64,000 bases of DNA from Eledone cirrhosa (GCA_964016885.1 OZ024742.1:28892001-28956000), one strand, 5' to 3'; counted from the stretch's first letter, positions 15,450 through 31,100 are shown. The notes: generated by a model not told the origin, from the letters alone. Made by a program: numbers and translations.

Positions 15450-15972
15450 GGCAGAGAATTAAAGTATATATTAGTAATGGGATCACAAAATATATTTACA
15501 GTGGAATCAGGGAATATATTTAAAATGGAATCAAGGAAGTTAGTTTAAATGGAATCTGGGAATTTATTTAAAGTGGAATTTTGGAATTTGTTTTAATAAT
15601 GGAATCAGTGAATATCTTTATAATGGAAGTATAGCTTATGTTTAAAGTAGAAATACAGGATGTATCAAAGATATCAGTGTGGAATAAGACAATATATTTA
15701 CAATGGAATCAAAGAATATAATTAAAAAGGAATTAGAGAATATATTTTGAATGAGATAATAGAATATCTCTAGAATAGAATGAGAAAAAATACAGAATAG
15801 GATCACAATATATTTAGATTGAAATCGAAAGAATACATTTAAAATGGAATTTATAACAGAATAAGAGAATATATTTAAAATAGAATGAGAGAATGCACTA
15901 TAATCAGAATAGAATAAGGGAATGGTCTATAATTAGAAAGGAATGAGAGAATATATTTAGAAATGAATGAGA
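15450..15972 (+). repeat. Highly degenerate ~23-bp purine-rich tandem repeat (GAATATATTTAAAATGGAATCA-like)
   Basis: Recurrent GAATATATTT and TGGAATC motifs at roughly regular spacing. Confidence 0.6.
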
Positions 15973-15979
15973 AACTGTG

Positions 15980-16118
15980 AAATTCGCTTCGCAATCATGA
16001 AACACCAAGTACGATGCCCTTAGCGTGCTATTTTCAGCAAGTAGTCTTCCTTTACCAATGCTAAGGATCGACACTATTTTCTAAGTAAAGTTAGATGAAA
16101 ACTGTATAGAAGCCCGTT
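15980..16118 (+). mobile_element. Possible degenerate SINE remnant
   Basis: GCAAGTAGTCTTC and TAGATGAAAACTGTATAGAAGCCCGT resemble the core and tail of a common octopus SINE, as recalled; not verified. Confidence 0.35.
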
Positions 16119-16154
16119 CTGATTTATTGTACCTTATTTAAACTTAGAAGTTCC

Positions 16155-19100
16155 CGTGACATGAGAAACATGAGGCTGCCAAAGTGGTCCTTTGACAACA
16201 GTCAGTTGTATCTACCAATACATCACACGTCTTGAGACACATGAGGCAGCCAAAGTGCTCCAATGACCACAGTCAGTTGTATCTACCAATACATCCCATG
16301 TCTTGAGACACATGAGGCAGCCAAAGTGGTCCAATGACCACAGTCAGTTGTATCTACCAATACATCCCATGTCTTGAGACACATGAGGCAGCCAAAGTGG
16401 TCCAATGACCACAGTCAGTTGTATCTACCAATACATCCCACGTCTTGAGACACATGAGGCAGCCAAAGTGCTCCAATGACCACAGTCAGTTGTATCTACC
16501 AATACGTCCCACGTCTTGAGACACATGAGGCAGCCAAAGTGGTCCAATGACCACAGTCAGTTGTATCTACCAATACATCCCATGTCTTGAGACACATGAG
16601 GCAGACAAAGTGGTCCAATGACCACAGTCAGTTGTATCTACCAATACATCCGACGTCTTGAGACACATGAGGCAGCCAAAGTGGTCCAATGACCACAGTC
16701 AGTTGTATCTACCAATACATCCCACGTCTTGAGACACATGAGGCAGCCAAAGTGGTCCAATGACCACAGTCAGTTGTATCTACCAATACATGCCACGTCT
16801 TGAGACACATGAGGCAGCCAAAGTGGTCCAATGACCACAGTCAGTTGTATCTACCAATACATGCCACGTCTTGTGACACATGAAGCAGCCAAAGTGGTCC
16901 AATGACCACAGTCAGTTGTATCTACCAATACATCCCACGTCTTGAGACACATGAGGCAGCCAAAGTGGTCCAATGACCACAGTCAGTTATATCTACCAAT
17001 ACATCCCACGTCTTGAGACACATGAGGCAGCCAAAGTGGTCCAATAACCACAGTCAGTTGTATCTACCAATACATCCCACGTCTTGAGACACATGAGGCA
17101 GCCAAAGTGGTCCAATGACCACAGTCAGTTATATCTACCAATATATCCCACGTCTTGAGACACATGAAGCAGCCAAAGTGGTCCAATGACCACAGTCAGT
17201 TATATCTACCAATACATCCCATGTCTTGAGACACACGAGGCAGCCAAAGTGGTCCAATGACCACAGTCAGTTGTATCTACCAATACATCCCATGTCTTGA
17301 GACACATGAGGCAGCCAAAGTGGTCCAATGACCACAGTCGTATCTACCAATACATGCCACGTCTTGAGACACATGAAGCAGCCAAAGTGGTCTAATGACC
17401 ACGGTCAGTTGTATCTACCAATACATCCCACGTCTTGAGACACATGAAGCAGCCAAAGTGGTCCAATGACCACAGTCAGTTGTATCTACCAATACATCCC
17501 ATGTCTTGAGACACATGAGGCAGCCAAAGTGGTCCAATCACCACAGTCAGTTGTATCTACCAATACATGCCACGTCTTGAGACACATGAGGCAGCCAAAG
17601 TGGTCCAATGACCACAGTCAGTTGTATCTACCAATACATCCCACGTCTTGAGACACATGAGGCAGCCAAAGTGGTCCAATCACCACAGTCAGTTGTATCT
17701 ACCAATACATCCCACGTCTTGAGACACATGAGGCAGCCAAAGTGGTCCAATGACCACAGTCAGTTGTATCTACCAATACATCCCACGTCTTGAGACACAT
17801 GAGGCAGCCAAAGTGGTCCAATGACCACAGTCAGTTGTATCTACCAATACATGCCACGTCTTGAGACACATGAAGCAGCCAAAGTGGTCCAATGACCACA
17901 GTCAGTTGTATCTACCAATACATGCCACGTCTTGAGACACATGAGGCAGCCAAAGTGGTCCAATGACCACAGTCAGTTGTATCTACCAATACATCCCACG
18001 TCTTGAGACACATGAAGCAGCCAAAGTGGTCCAATGACCACAGTCAGTTGTATCTACCAATACATCCCATGTCTTGAGACACACGAGGCAGCCAAAGTGG
18101 TCTAATGACCACAGTCAGTTGTATCTACCAATACATCCCATGTCTTGAGACACATGAGGCAGCCAAAGTGGTCCAATGACCACAGTCAGTTGTATCTACC
18201 AATACATCCCACGTCTTGAGACACATGAGGCAGCCAAAGTGGTCCAATGACCACAGTAAGTTGTATCTACCAATGCATCCCACGTCTTGAGACACATGAG
18301 GCAGCCAAAGTGGTCCAATGACCACAGTCAGTTGTATCTACCAATACATCCCACGTCTTGAGACACATGAGGCAGCCAAAGTGGTCCAATGACCACAGTC
18401 AGTTGTATCTACCAATACATGCCACGTCTTGAGACACATGAAGCAGCCAAAGTGGTCCAATGACCACAGTCAGTTGTATCTACCAATACATCCCACGTCT
18501 TGAGACACATGAAGCAGCCAAAGTGGTCCAATGACCACAGTCAGTTGTATCTACCAATACATGCCACGTCTTGAGAAACATGAGGCAGCCAAAGTGGTCC
18601 AATGACCACAGTCAGTTGTATCTACCAATACATGCCACGTCTTGAGACACATGAGGCAGCCAAAGTGGTCCAATGACCACAGTCAGTTGTATCTACCAAT
18701 ACATCCCACATCTTGAGACACATGAGGCAGCCAAAGTGGTCCAATGACCACAGTCAGTTGTATCTACCAATACATCCCACGTCTTGAGACACATGAGGCA
18801 GTCAAAGTGGTCCAATGACCACAGTCAGTTGTATCTACCAATACATCCCACGTCTTGAGACACATGAGGCAGCCAAAGTGGTCCAATGACCACAGTCAGT
18901 TGTATCTACCAATACATCCCACGTCTTGAGACACATGAGGCAGCCAAAGTGGTCCAATGACCACAGTCAGTTGCATCTACCAATACATGCCACGTATTGA
19001 GACACATGAGGCAGCCAAAGTGGTCCAATGACCACAGTCAGTTGTATCTACCAATACCTCCCACGTCTTGAGACACATGAAGCAGCCAAAGTGGTCCAAT

Positions 19101-22100
19101 GACCACAGTCAGTTGTATCTACCAATACATCCCACGTCTTGAGACACATGAAGCAGCCAAAGTGGTCCAATGACCACAGTCAGTTGTATCTACCAAAACA
19201 TGCCACGTCTTGAGACACATGAGGCAGCCAAAGTGGTCCAATGACCACAGTCAGTTGTATCTACCAATACATCCCATGTCTTGAGAAACATGAAGCAGCC
19301 AAAGTGGTCCAATGACCACAGTCAGTTGTATCTACCAATACATCCCACGTCTTGAGAAACATGAGGCAGCCAAAGTGGTCCAATGACCACAGTCAGTTGT
19401 ATCTACCAATACATCCCACGTCTTGAGACACATGAGGCAGCCAAAGTGGTCCAATGACCACAGTCAGTTGTATCTACCAATACATCCCATGTCATGAGAC
19501 ACATGAAGCAGCCGAAGTGGTCCAATGACCACAGTCAGTTGTATCTACCAATACATGCCACGTCTTGAGACACATGAGGCAGCCAAAGTGGTCCAATGAC
19601 CACAGTCAGTTGTATCTACCAATACATGTCACGTCTTGAGACACATGAGGCTGCCAAAGTGGTCCAATGACCACAGTCAGTTGTATCTACCAATACATCC
19701 CACGTCTTGAGACACATGAGGCAGCCAAAGTGGTCCAATGACCACAGTCAGTTGTATCTACCAATACATCCCACGTCTTGAGACACATGAGGCAGCCAAA
19801 GTGGTCCAGTGACCACAGTCAGTTGTATCTACCAATACATCCCACGTCTTGAGACACATGAGGCAGCCAAAGTGGTCCGATGACCACAGTCAGTTGTATC
19901 TACCAATACATCCCACGTCTTGAGACACATGAGGCAGCCAAAGTGGTCCAATGACCACAGTCAGTTGTATCTACCAATACATCACACGTCTTGAGACACA
20001 TGAGGCAGCCAAAGTGGTCCAATGACCACAGTCAGTTGTATCTACCAATACGTGCCACGTATTGAGACACATGAGGCAGCCAAAGTGGTCCAATGACCAC
20101 AGTCAGTTGTATCTACCAATACATCCCACGTCTTGAGACACATGAAGCAGCCAAAGTGGTCCAATGACCACAGTCAGTTGTATCTACCAATACATCCCAT
20201 ATCTTGAGACACACGAGGCAGCCAAAGTGGTCCAATGACCACAGTCAGTTGTATCTACCAATACATCCCATGTCTTGAGACACATGAGGCAGCCAAAGTG
20301 GTCCAATGACCACAGTCAGTTGTATCTACCAATACATCCCACGTCTTGAGACACATGAGGCAGCCAAAGTGGTCCAATGACCACAGTCAGTTGTATCTAC
20401 CAATACATGCCACGTCTTGAGACACATGACGCAGCCAAAGTGGTCCAATGACCACAGTCAGTTGTATCTACCAATACATCCCACGTCTTGAGACACATGA
20501 AGCAGCCAAAGTGGTCCAATGACGACAGTCAGTTGTATCTACCAATACATGCCACGTCTTGAGAAACATGAGGCAGCCAAAGTGGTCCAATGACCACAGT
20601 CAGTTGTATCTACCAATACATGCCACGTCTTGAGACACATGAGGCAGCCAAAGTGGTCCAATGACCACAGTCAGTTGTATCTACCAATACATCCCACGTC
20701 TTGAGACACATGAGGCAGCCAAAGTGGTCCAATGACCACAATCAGTTGTATCTACCAATACATCCCACGTCTTGAGATACATGAGGCAGCCAAAGTGGTC
20801 CAATGACCACATTCAGTTGTATCTACCAATACATCCCACGTCTTGAGACACATGAGGCAGTCAAAGTGGTCCAATGACCACAGTCAGTTGTATCTACCAA
20901 TACATCCCACGTCTTGAGATACATGAGGCAGCCAAAGTGGTCCAATGACCACAGTCAGTTGTATCTACCAATACATGCCACGTATTGAGACACATGAGGC
21001 AGCCAAAGTGGTTCAATGACCACAATCAGTTGTATCTACCAATACATCCCACGTCTTGAGATACATGAGGCAGCCAAAGTGGTCCAATGACCACATTCAG
21101 TTGTATCTACCAATACATCCCACGTCTTGAGACACATGAGGCAGTCAAAGTGGTCCAATGACCACAGTCAGTTGTATCTACCAATACATCCCACGTCTTG
21201 AGATACATGAGGCAGCCAAAGTGGTCCAATGACCACAGTCAGTTGTATCTACCAATACATGCCACGTATTGAGACACATGAGGCAGCCAAAGTGGTTCAA
21301 TGACCACAGTCAGTTGTATCTACCAATACATCCCACGTCTTGAGACACATGAAGCAGCCAAAGTGGTCCAATGACCACAGTCAGTTGTATCTACCAATAC
21401 ATCCCACGTCTTGAGACACATGAAGCAGCCAAAGTGGTCCAATGACCACAGTCAGTTGTATCTACCAATACATGCCACGTCTTGAGACACATGAGGCAGC
21501 CAAAGTGGTCCAATGACCACAGTCAGTTGTATCTACCAATACATCCCATGTCTTGAGACACATGAAGCAACCAAAGTGGTCCAATGACCACAGTCAGTTG
21601 TATCTACCAATACATCCCACGTCTTGAGAAACATGAGGCAGCCAAAGTGGTCCAATGACCACAGTCAGTTGCATCTACCAATACATCCCACGTCTTGAGA
21701 AACATGAGGCAGCCAAAGTGGTCCAATGACCACAGTCAGTTGTATCTACCAATACATCCCACGTCTTGAGACACATGAGGCAGCCAAAGTGGTCCAATGA
21801 CCACAGTCAGTTGTATCTACCAATACATCTCATGTCTTGAGACACATGAAGCAGCCAAAGTGGTCCAATGACCACAGTCAGTTGTATCTACCAATACATC
21901 CCACGTCTTGAGACACATGAAGCAGCCAAAGTGGTCCAATGACAACAGTCAGTTGTATCTACCAATACATGCCACGTCATGAGACACATGAGGCAGCCAA
22001 AGTGGTCCAATGACCACAGTCAGTTGTATCTACCAATACATGCCACGTCTTGAGACACATGAGGCTGCCAAAGTGGTCCAATGACCACAGTCAGTTGTAT

Positions 22101-25100
22101 CTACCAATACATCCCACGTCTTGAGACACATGAGGCAGCCAAAGTGGTCCAATGACCACAGTCAGTTGTATCTACCAATACATGACACGTCTTGAGACAC
22201 ATGAGGCAGCCAAAGTGGTCCAATGACCACAGTCAGTTGTATCTACCAATACATCCCACGTCTTGAGACACATGAAGCAGCCAAAGTGGTCCAATGACCA
22301 CAGTCAGTTGTATCTACCAATACATGCCACGTCTTGAGAAACATGAGGCAGACAAAGTGGTCCAATGACCACAGTCAGTTGTATCTACCAATACATGCCA
22401 CGTCTTGAGACACATGAGGCAGCCAAAGTGGTCCAATGACCACAGTCAGTTGTATCTACCAATACATCCCACGTCTTGAGACACATGAGGCAGCCAAAGT
22501 GGTCCAATGACCACAGTCAGTTGTATCTACCAATACATCCCACGTCTTGAGACACATGAGGCAGCCAAAGTGGTCCAATGACCACATTCAGTTGTATCTA
22601 CCAATACATCCCACGTCTTGAGACACATGAGGCAGCCAAAGTGGTCCAATGACCACAGTCAGTTGTATCTACCAATACATCCCACGTCTTGAGACACATC
22701 AGGCAGCCAAAGTGGTCCAATGACCACAGTCAGTGGTATCTACCAATACATGCCACGTCTTGAGACACATGAAGCAGCCAAAGTGGTCCAATGACCACAG
22801 TCAGTTGTATCTACCAATACATCCCACGTCTTGAGACACATGAAGCAGCCAAAGTGGTCCAATGACCACAGTCAGTTGTATCTACCAATACATGCCACGT
22901 CTTGAGACACATGAGGCAGCCAAAGTGGTCCAATGACCACAGTCAGTTGTATCTACCAATACATGCCACGTCTTGAGACACATGAGGCAGCCAAAGTGGT
23001 CCAATGACCACAGTCAGTTGTATCTACCAATACATCCCACGTCTTGAGACACATGAGGCAGCCAAAGTGGTCCAATGACCACAGTCAGTTGTATCTACCA
23101 ATACATCCCACGTCTTGAGACACATGAGGCAGCCAAAGTGGTCCAATGACCACATTCAGTTGTATCTACCAATACATCCCACGTCTTGAGACACATGAGG
23201 CAGTCAAAGGGGTCCAATGACCACAGTCAGTTGTATCTACCAATACATCCCACGTCTTGAGATACATGAGGCAGCCAAAGTGGTCCAATGACCACAGTCA
23301 GTTGTATCTACCAATACATGCCACGTATTGAGACACATGAGGCAGCCAAAGTGTTTCAATGACCACAGTCAGTTGTATCTACCAATACATCCCACGTCTT
23401 GAGACACATGAAGCAGCCAAAGTGGTCCAATGACCACAGTCAGTTGTATCTACCAATACATCCCACGTCTTGAGACACATGAAGCAGCGAAAGTGGTCCA
23501 ATGACCACAGTCAGTTGTATCTACCAATACATGCCACGTCTTGAGACACATGAGGCAGCCAAAGTGGTCCAATGACCACAGTCAGTTGTATCTACCAATA
23601 CATCCCATGTCTTGAGACACATGAAGCAACCAAAGTGGTCCAATGACCACAGTCAGTTGTATCTACCAATACATCCCACGTCTTGAGAAACATGAGGCAG
23701 CCAAAGTGGTCCAATGACCACAGTCAGTTGCATCTACCAATACATCCCACGTCTTGAGAAACATGAGGCAGCCAAAGTGGTCCAATGACCACAGTCAGTT
23801 GTATCTACCAATACATCCCACGTCTTGAGACACATGAGGCAGCCAAAGTGGTCCAATGACCACAGTCAGTTGTATCTACCAATACATCTCATGTCTTGAG
23901 ACACATGAAGCAGCCAAAGTGGTCCAGTGACCACAGTCAGTTGTATCTACCAATACATCCCACGTCTTGAGACACATGAAGCAGCCAAAGTGGTCCAATG
24001 ACCACAGTCAGTTGTATCTACCAATACATGCCACGTCATGAGACACATGAGGCAGCCAAAGTGGTCCAATGACCACAGTCAGTTGTATCTAACAATACAT
24101 CCCACGTGTTGAGACACATGAAGCAGCCAAAGTGGTCCAATGACCACAGTCAGTTGTATCTACCAATACATGCCACGTCTTGAGAAACATGAGGCAGCCA
24201 AAGTGGTCCAATGACCACAGTCAGTTGTATCTACCAATACATGCCACGTCTTGAGACACATGAGGCAGCCAAAGTGGTCCAATGACCACAGTCAGTTGTA
24301 TCTACCAATACATCCCACATCTTGAGACACATGAGGCAGCCAAAGTGGTCCAATGACCACAGTCAGTTGTATCTACCAATACATCCCACGTCTTGAGACA
24401 CATGAGGCAGTCAAAGTGGTCCAATGACCACAGTCAGTTGTATCTACCAATACATCCCACGTCTTGAGACACATGAGGCAGCCAAAGTGGTCCAATGACC
24501 ACAGTCAGTTGTATCTACCAATACATCCCACGTCTTGAGACACATGAGGCAGCCAAAGTGGTCCAATGACCACAGTCAGTTGCATCTACCAATACATGCC
24601 ACGTATTGAGACACATGAGGCAGCCAAAGTGGTCCAATGACCACAGTCAGTTGTATCTACCAATACCTCCCACGTCTTGAGACACATGAAGCAGCCAAAG
24701 TGGTCCAATGACCACAGTCAGTTGTATCTACCAATACATCCCACGTCTTGAGACACATGAAGCAGCCAAAGTGGTCCAATGACCACAGTCAGTTGTATCT
24801 ACCAAAACATGCCACGTCTTGAGACACATGAGGCAGCCAAAGTGGTCCAATGACCACAGTCAGTTGTATCTACCAATACATCCCATGTCTTGAGAAACAT
24901 GAAGCAGCCAAAGTGGTCCAATGACCACAGTCAGTTGTATCTACCAATACATCCCACGTCTTGAGAAACATGAGGCAGCCAAAGTGGTCCAATGACCACA
25001 GTCAGTTGTATCTACCAATACATCCCACGTCTTGAGACACATGAGGCAGCCAAAGTGGTCCAATGACCACAGTCAGTTGTATCTACCAATACATCCCATG

Positions 25101-28100
25101 TCATGAGACACATGAAGCAGCCAAAGTGGTCCAATGACCACAGTCAGTTGTATCTACCAATACATGCCACGTCTTGAGACACATGAGGCAGCCAAAGTGG
25201 TCCAATGACCACAGTCAGTTGTATCTACCAATACATGTCACGTCTTGAGACACATGAGGCTGCCAAAGTGGTCCAATGACCACAGTCAGTTGTATCTACC
25301 AATACATCCCACGTCTTGAGACACATGAGGCAGCCAAAGTGGTCCAATGACCACAGTCAGTTGTATCTACCAATACATCCCACGTCTTGAGACACATGAG
25401 GCAGCCAAAGTGGTCCAGTGACCACAGTCAGTTGTATCTACCAATACATCCCACGTCTTGAGACACATGAGGCAGCCAAAGTGGTCCGATGACCACAGTC
25501 AGTTGTATCTACCAATACATCCCACGTCTTGAGACACATGAGGCAGCCAAAGTGGTCCAATGACCACAGTCAGTTGTATCTACCAATACATCACACGTCT
25601 TGAGACACATGAGGCAGCCAAAGTGGTCCAATGACCACAGTCAGTTGTATCTACCAATACGTGCCACGTATTGAGACACATGAGGCAGCCAAAGTGGTCC
25701 AATGACCACAGTAAGTTGTATCTACCAATACATCCCACGTCTTGAGACACATGAAGCAGCCAAAGTGGTCCAATGACCACAGTCAGTTGTATCTACCAAT
25801 ACATCCCATATCTTGAGACACACGAGGCAGCCAAAGTGGTCCAATGACCACAGTCAGTTGTATCTACCAATACATCCCATGTCTTGAGACACATGAGGCA
25901 GCCAAAGTGGTCCAATGACCACAGTCAGTTGTATCTACCAATACATCCCACGTCTTGAGACACATGAGGCAGCCAAAGTGGTCCAATGACCACAGTCAGT
26001 TGTATCTACCAATACATGCCACGTCTTGAGACACATGACGCAGCCAAAGTGGTCCAATGACCACAGTCAGTTGTATCTACCAATACATCCCACGTCTTGA
26101 GACACATGAAGCAGCCAAAGTGGTCCAATGACGACAGTCAGTTGTATCTACCAATACATGCCACGTCTTGAGAAACATGAGGCAGCCAAAGTGGTCCAAT
26201 GACCACAGTCAGTTGTATCTACCAATACATGCCACGTCTTGAGACACATGAGGCAGCCAAAGTGGTCCAATGACCACAGTCAGTTGTATCTACCAATACA
26301 TCCCACGTCTTGAGACACATGAGGCAGCCAAAGTGGTCCAATGACCACAATCAGTTGTATCTACCAATACATCCCACGTCTTGAGATACATGAGGCAGCC
26401 AAAGTGGTCCAATGACCACATTCAGTTGTATCTACCAATACATTCCACGTCTTGAGACACATGAGGCAGTCAAAGTGGTCCAATGACCACAGTCAGTTGT
26501 ATCTACCAATACATCCCACGTCTTGAGATACATGAGGCAGCCAAAGTGGTCCAATGACCACAGTCAGTTGTATCTACCAATACATGCCACGTATTGAGAC
26601 ACATGAGGCAGCCAAAGTGGTTCAATGACCACAGTCAGTTGTATCTACCAATACATCCCACGTCTTGAGACACATGAAGCAGCCAAAGTGGTCCAATGAC
26701 CACAGTCAGTTGTATCTACCAATACATCCCACGTCTTGAGACACATGAAGCAGCCAAAGTGGTCCAATGACCACAGTCAGTTGTATCTACCAATACATGC
26801 CACGTCTTGAGACACATGAGGCAGCCAAAGTGGTCCAATGACCACAGTCAGTTGTATCTACCAATACATCCCATGTCTTGAGACACATGAAGCAACCAAA
26901 GTGGTCCAATGACCACAGTCAGTTGTATCTACCAATACATCCCACGTCTTGAGAAACATGAGGCAGCCAAAGTGGTCCAATGACCACAGTCAGTTGCATC
27001 TACCAATACATCCCACGTCTTGAGAAACATGAGGCAGCCAAAGTGGTCCAATGACCACAGTCAGTTGTATCTACCAATACATCCCACGTCTTGAGACACA
27101 TGAGGCAGCCAAAGTGGTCCAATGACCACAGTCAGTTGTATCTACCAATACATCTCATGTCTTGAGACACATGAAGCAGCCAAAGTGGTCCAATGACCAC
27201 AGTCAGTTGTATCTACCAATACATCCCACGTCTTGAGACACATGAAGCAGCCAAAGTGGTCCAATGACAACAGTCAGTTGTATCTACCAATACATGCCAC
27301 GTCATGAGACACATGAGGCAGCCAAAGTGGTCCAATGACCACAGTCAGTTGTATCTACCAATACATGCCACGTCTTGAGACACATGAGGCTGCCAAAGTG
27401 GTCCAATGACCACAGTCAGTTGTATCTACCAATACATCCCACGTCTTGAGACACATGAGGCAGCCAAAGTGGTCCAATGACCACAGTCAGTTGTATCTAC
27501 CAATACATGACACGTCTTGAGACACATGAGGCAGCCAAAGTGGTCCAATGACCACAGTCAGTTGTATCTACCAATACATCCCACGTCTTGAGACACATGA
27601 AGCAGCCAAAGTGGTCCAATGACCACAGTCAGTTGTATCTACCAATACATGCCACGTCTTGAGAAACATGAGGCAGACAAAGTGGTCCAATGACCACAGT
27701 CAGTTGTATCTACCAATACATGCCACGTCTTGAGACACATGAGGCAGCCAAAGTGGTCCAATGACCACAGTCAGTTGTATCTACCAATACATCCCACGTC
27801 TTGAGACACATGAGGCAGCCAAAGTGGTCCAATGACCACAGTCAGTTGTATCTACCAATACATCCCACGTCTTGAGACACATGAGGCAGCCAAAGTGGTC
27901 CAATGACCACATTCAGTTGTATCTACCAATACATCCCACGTCTTGAGACACATGAGGCAGCCAAAGTGGTCCAATGACCACAGTCAGTTGTATCTACCAA
28001 TACATCCCACGTCTTGAGACACATCAGGCAGCCAAAGTGGTCCAATGACCACAGTCAGTGGTATCTACCAATACATGCCACGTCTTGAGACACATGAAGC

Positions 28101-31100
28101 AGCCAAAGTGGTCCAATGACCACAGTCAGTTGTATCTACCAATACATCCCACGTCTTGAGACACATGAAGCAGCCAAAGTGGTCCAATGACCACAGTCAG
28201 TTGTATCTACCAATACATGCCACGTCTTGAGACACATGAGGCAGCCAAAGTGGTCCAATGACCACAGTCAGTTGTATCTACCAATACATGCCACGTCTTG
28301 AGACACATGAGGCAGCCAAAGTGGTCCAATGACCACAGTCAGTTGTATCTACCAATACATCCCACGTCTTGAGACACATGAGGCAGCCAAAGTGGTCCAA
28401 TGACCACAGTCAGTTGTATCTACCAATACATCCCACGTCTTGAGACACATGAGGCAGCCAAAGTGGTCCAATGACCACATTCAGTTGTATCTACCAATAC
28501 ATCCCACGTCTTGAGACACATGAGGCAGTCAAAGGGGTCCAATGACCACAGTCAGTTGTATCTACCAATACATCCCACGTCTTGAGATACATGAGGCAGC
28601 CAAAGTGGTCCAATGACCACAGTCAGTTGTATCTACCAATACATGCCACGTATTGAGACACATGAGGCAGCCAAAGTGTTTCAATGACCACAGTCAGTTG
28701 TATCTACCAATACATCCCACGTCTTGAGACACATGAAGCAGCCAAAGTGGTCCAATGACCACAGTCAGTTGTATCTACCAATACATCCCACGTCTTGAGA
28801 CACATGAAGCAGCGAAAGTGGTCCAATGACCACAGTCAGTTGTATCTACCAATACATGCCACGTCTTGAGACACATGAGGCAGCCAAAGTGGTCCAATGA
28901 CCACAGTCAGTTGTATCTACCAATACATCCCATGTCTTGAGACACATGAAGCAACCAAAGTGGTCCAATGACCACAGTCAGTTGTATCTACCAATACATC
29001 CCACGTCTTGAGAAACATGAGGCAGCCAAAGTGGTCCAATGACCACAGTCAGTTGCATCTACCAATACATCCCACGTCTTGAGAAACATGAGGCAGCCAA
29101 AGTGGTCCAATGACCACAGTCAGTTGTATCTACCAATACATCCCACGTCTTGAGACACATGAGGCAGCCAAAGTGGTCCAATGACCACAGTCAGTTGTAT
29201 CTACCAATACATCTCATGTCTTGAGACACATGAAGCAGCCAAAGTGGTCCAGTGACCACAGTCAGTTGTATCTACCAATACATCCCACGTCTTGAGACAC
29301 ATGAAGCAGCCAAAGTGGTCCAATGACCACAGTCAGTTGTATCTACCAATACATGCCACGTCATGAGACACATGAGGCAGCCAAAGTGGTCCAATGACCA
29401 CAGTCAGTTGTATCTACCAATACATGCCACGTCTTGAGACACATGAGGCTGCCAAAGTGGTCCAATGACCACAGTCAGTTGTATCTACCAATACATCCCA
29501 CGTCTTGAGACACATGAGGCAGCCAAAGTGGTCCAATGACCACAGTCAGTTGTATCTACCAATACATGACACGTCTTGAGACACATGAGGCAGCCAAAGT
29601 GGTCCAATGACCACAGTCAGTTGTATCTACCTCTACATCCCACGTCTTGAGACACATGAAGCAGCCAAAGTGGTCCAATGACCACAGTCAGTTGTATCTA
29701 CCAATACATGCCACGTCTTGAGAAACATGAGGCAGCCAAAGTGGTCCAATGACCACAGTCAGTTGTATCTACCAATACATGCCACGTCTTGAGACACATG
29801 AGGCAGCCAAAGTGGTCCAATGACCACAGTCAGTTGTATCTACCAATACATCCCACGTCTTGAGACACATGAGGCAGCCAAAGTGGTCCAATGACCACAG
29901 TCAGTTGTATCTACCAATACATCCCACGTCTTGAGACACATGAGGCAGCCAAAGTGGTCCAATGACCACAGTCAGTGGTATCTACCAATACATGCCACGT
30001 CTTGAGACACATGAAGCAGCCAAAGTGGTCCAATGACCACAGTCAGTTGTATCTACCAATACATCCCACGTCTTGAGACACATGAAGCAGCCAAAGTGGT
30101 CCAATGACCACAGTCAGTTGTATCTACCAATACATGCCACGTCTTGAGACACATGAGGCAGCCAAAGTGGTCCAATGACCACAGTCAGTTGTATCTACCA
30201 ATACATGCCACGTCTTGAGACACATGAGGCTGCCAAAGTGGTCCAATGACCACAGTCAGTTGTATCTACCAATACATCCCACGTCTTAAGACACATGAGG
30301 CAGCCAAAGTGGTCCAGTGACCACAGTCAGTTGTATCTACCAATACATGCCACGTCTTGAGACACATGAGGCAGCCAAAGTGGTCCAATGACCACAGTCA
30401 GTTGTATCTACCAATACATCCCACGTCTTGCGACACATGAAGCAGCCAAAGTGGTCCAATGACCACAGTCAGTTGTATCTACCAATACATGCCACGTCTT
30501 GAGAAACATGAGGCAGCCAAAGTGGTCCAGTGACCACAGTCAGTTGTATCTACCAATACATCCCACGTCTTGAGACACATGAGGCAGCCAAAGTGGTCCA
30601 ATGACCACAGTCAGTTGTATCTACCAATACATGCCACGTCTTGAGAAACATGAGGCAGCCAAAGTGGTCCAATGACCACAGTCAGTTGTATCTACCAATA
30701 CATCCCACGTCTTGAGACACATGAGGCATCCAAAGTGGTCCAATGACCACAGTCAAATGTATCTACCAATACATCCCACGTCTTGAGACACATGAGGCAG
30801 CCAAAGTGGTCCAATGACCACAGTCAGTTGTATCTACCAATACATGCCACGTCTTGAGAAACATGAGGCAGCCAAAGTGGTCCAATGACCACAGTCAGTT
30901 GTATCTACCAATACATCCCACGTGTTGAGACACATGAGGCAGCCAAAGTGGTCCAATGACCACAGTCAAATGTATCTACCAATACATCCCACGTCTTGAG
31001 ACACATGAGGCAGCCAAAGTGGTCCAATGACCACAGTCAGTTGTATCTACCAATACATCCCACGTCTTGAGACACATGAGGCAGCCAAAGTGGTCCAATG

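Noticed and set aside
16236-16275. Hammerhead-like look of the satellite (CACATGA-GGCAGCC-AAA-hairpin)
   Set aside because: Essential core nucleotides (U4, G5, G12, U16.1) are missing and there is no convincing stem I.
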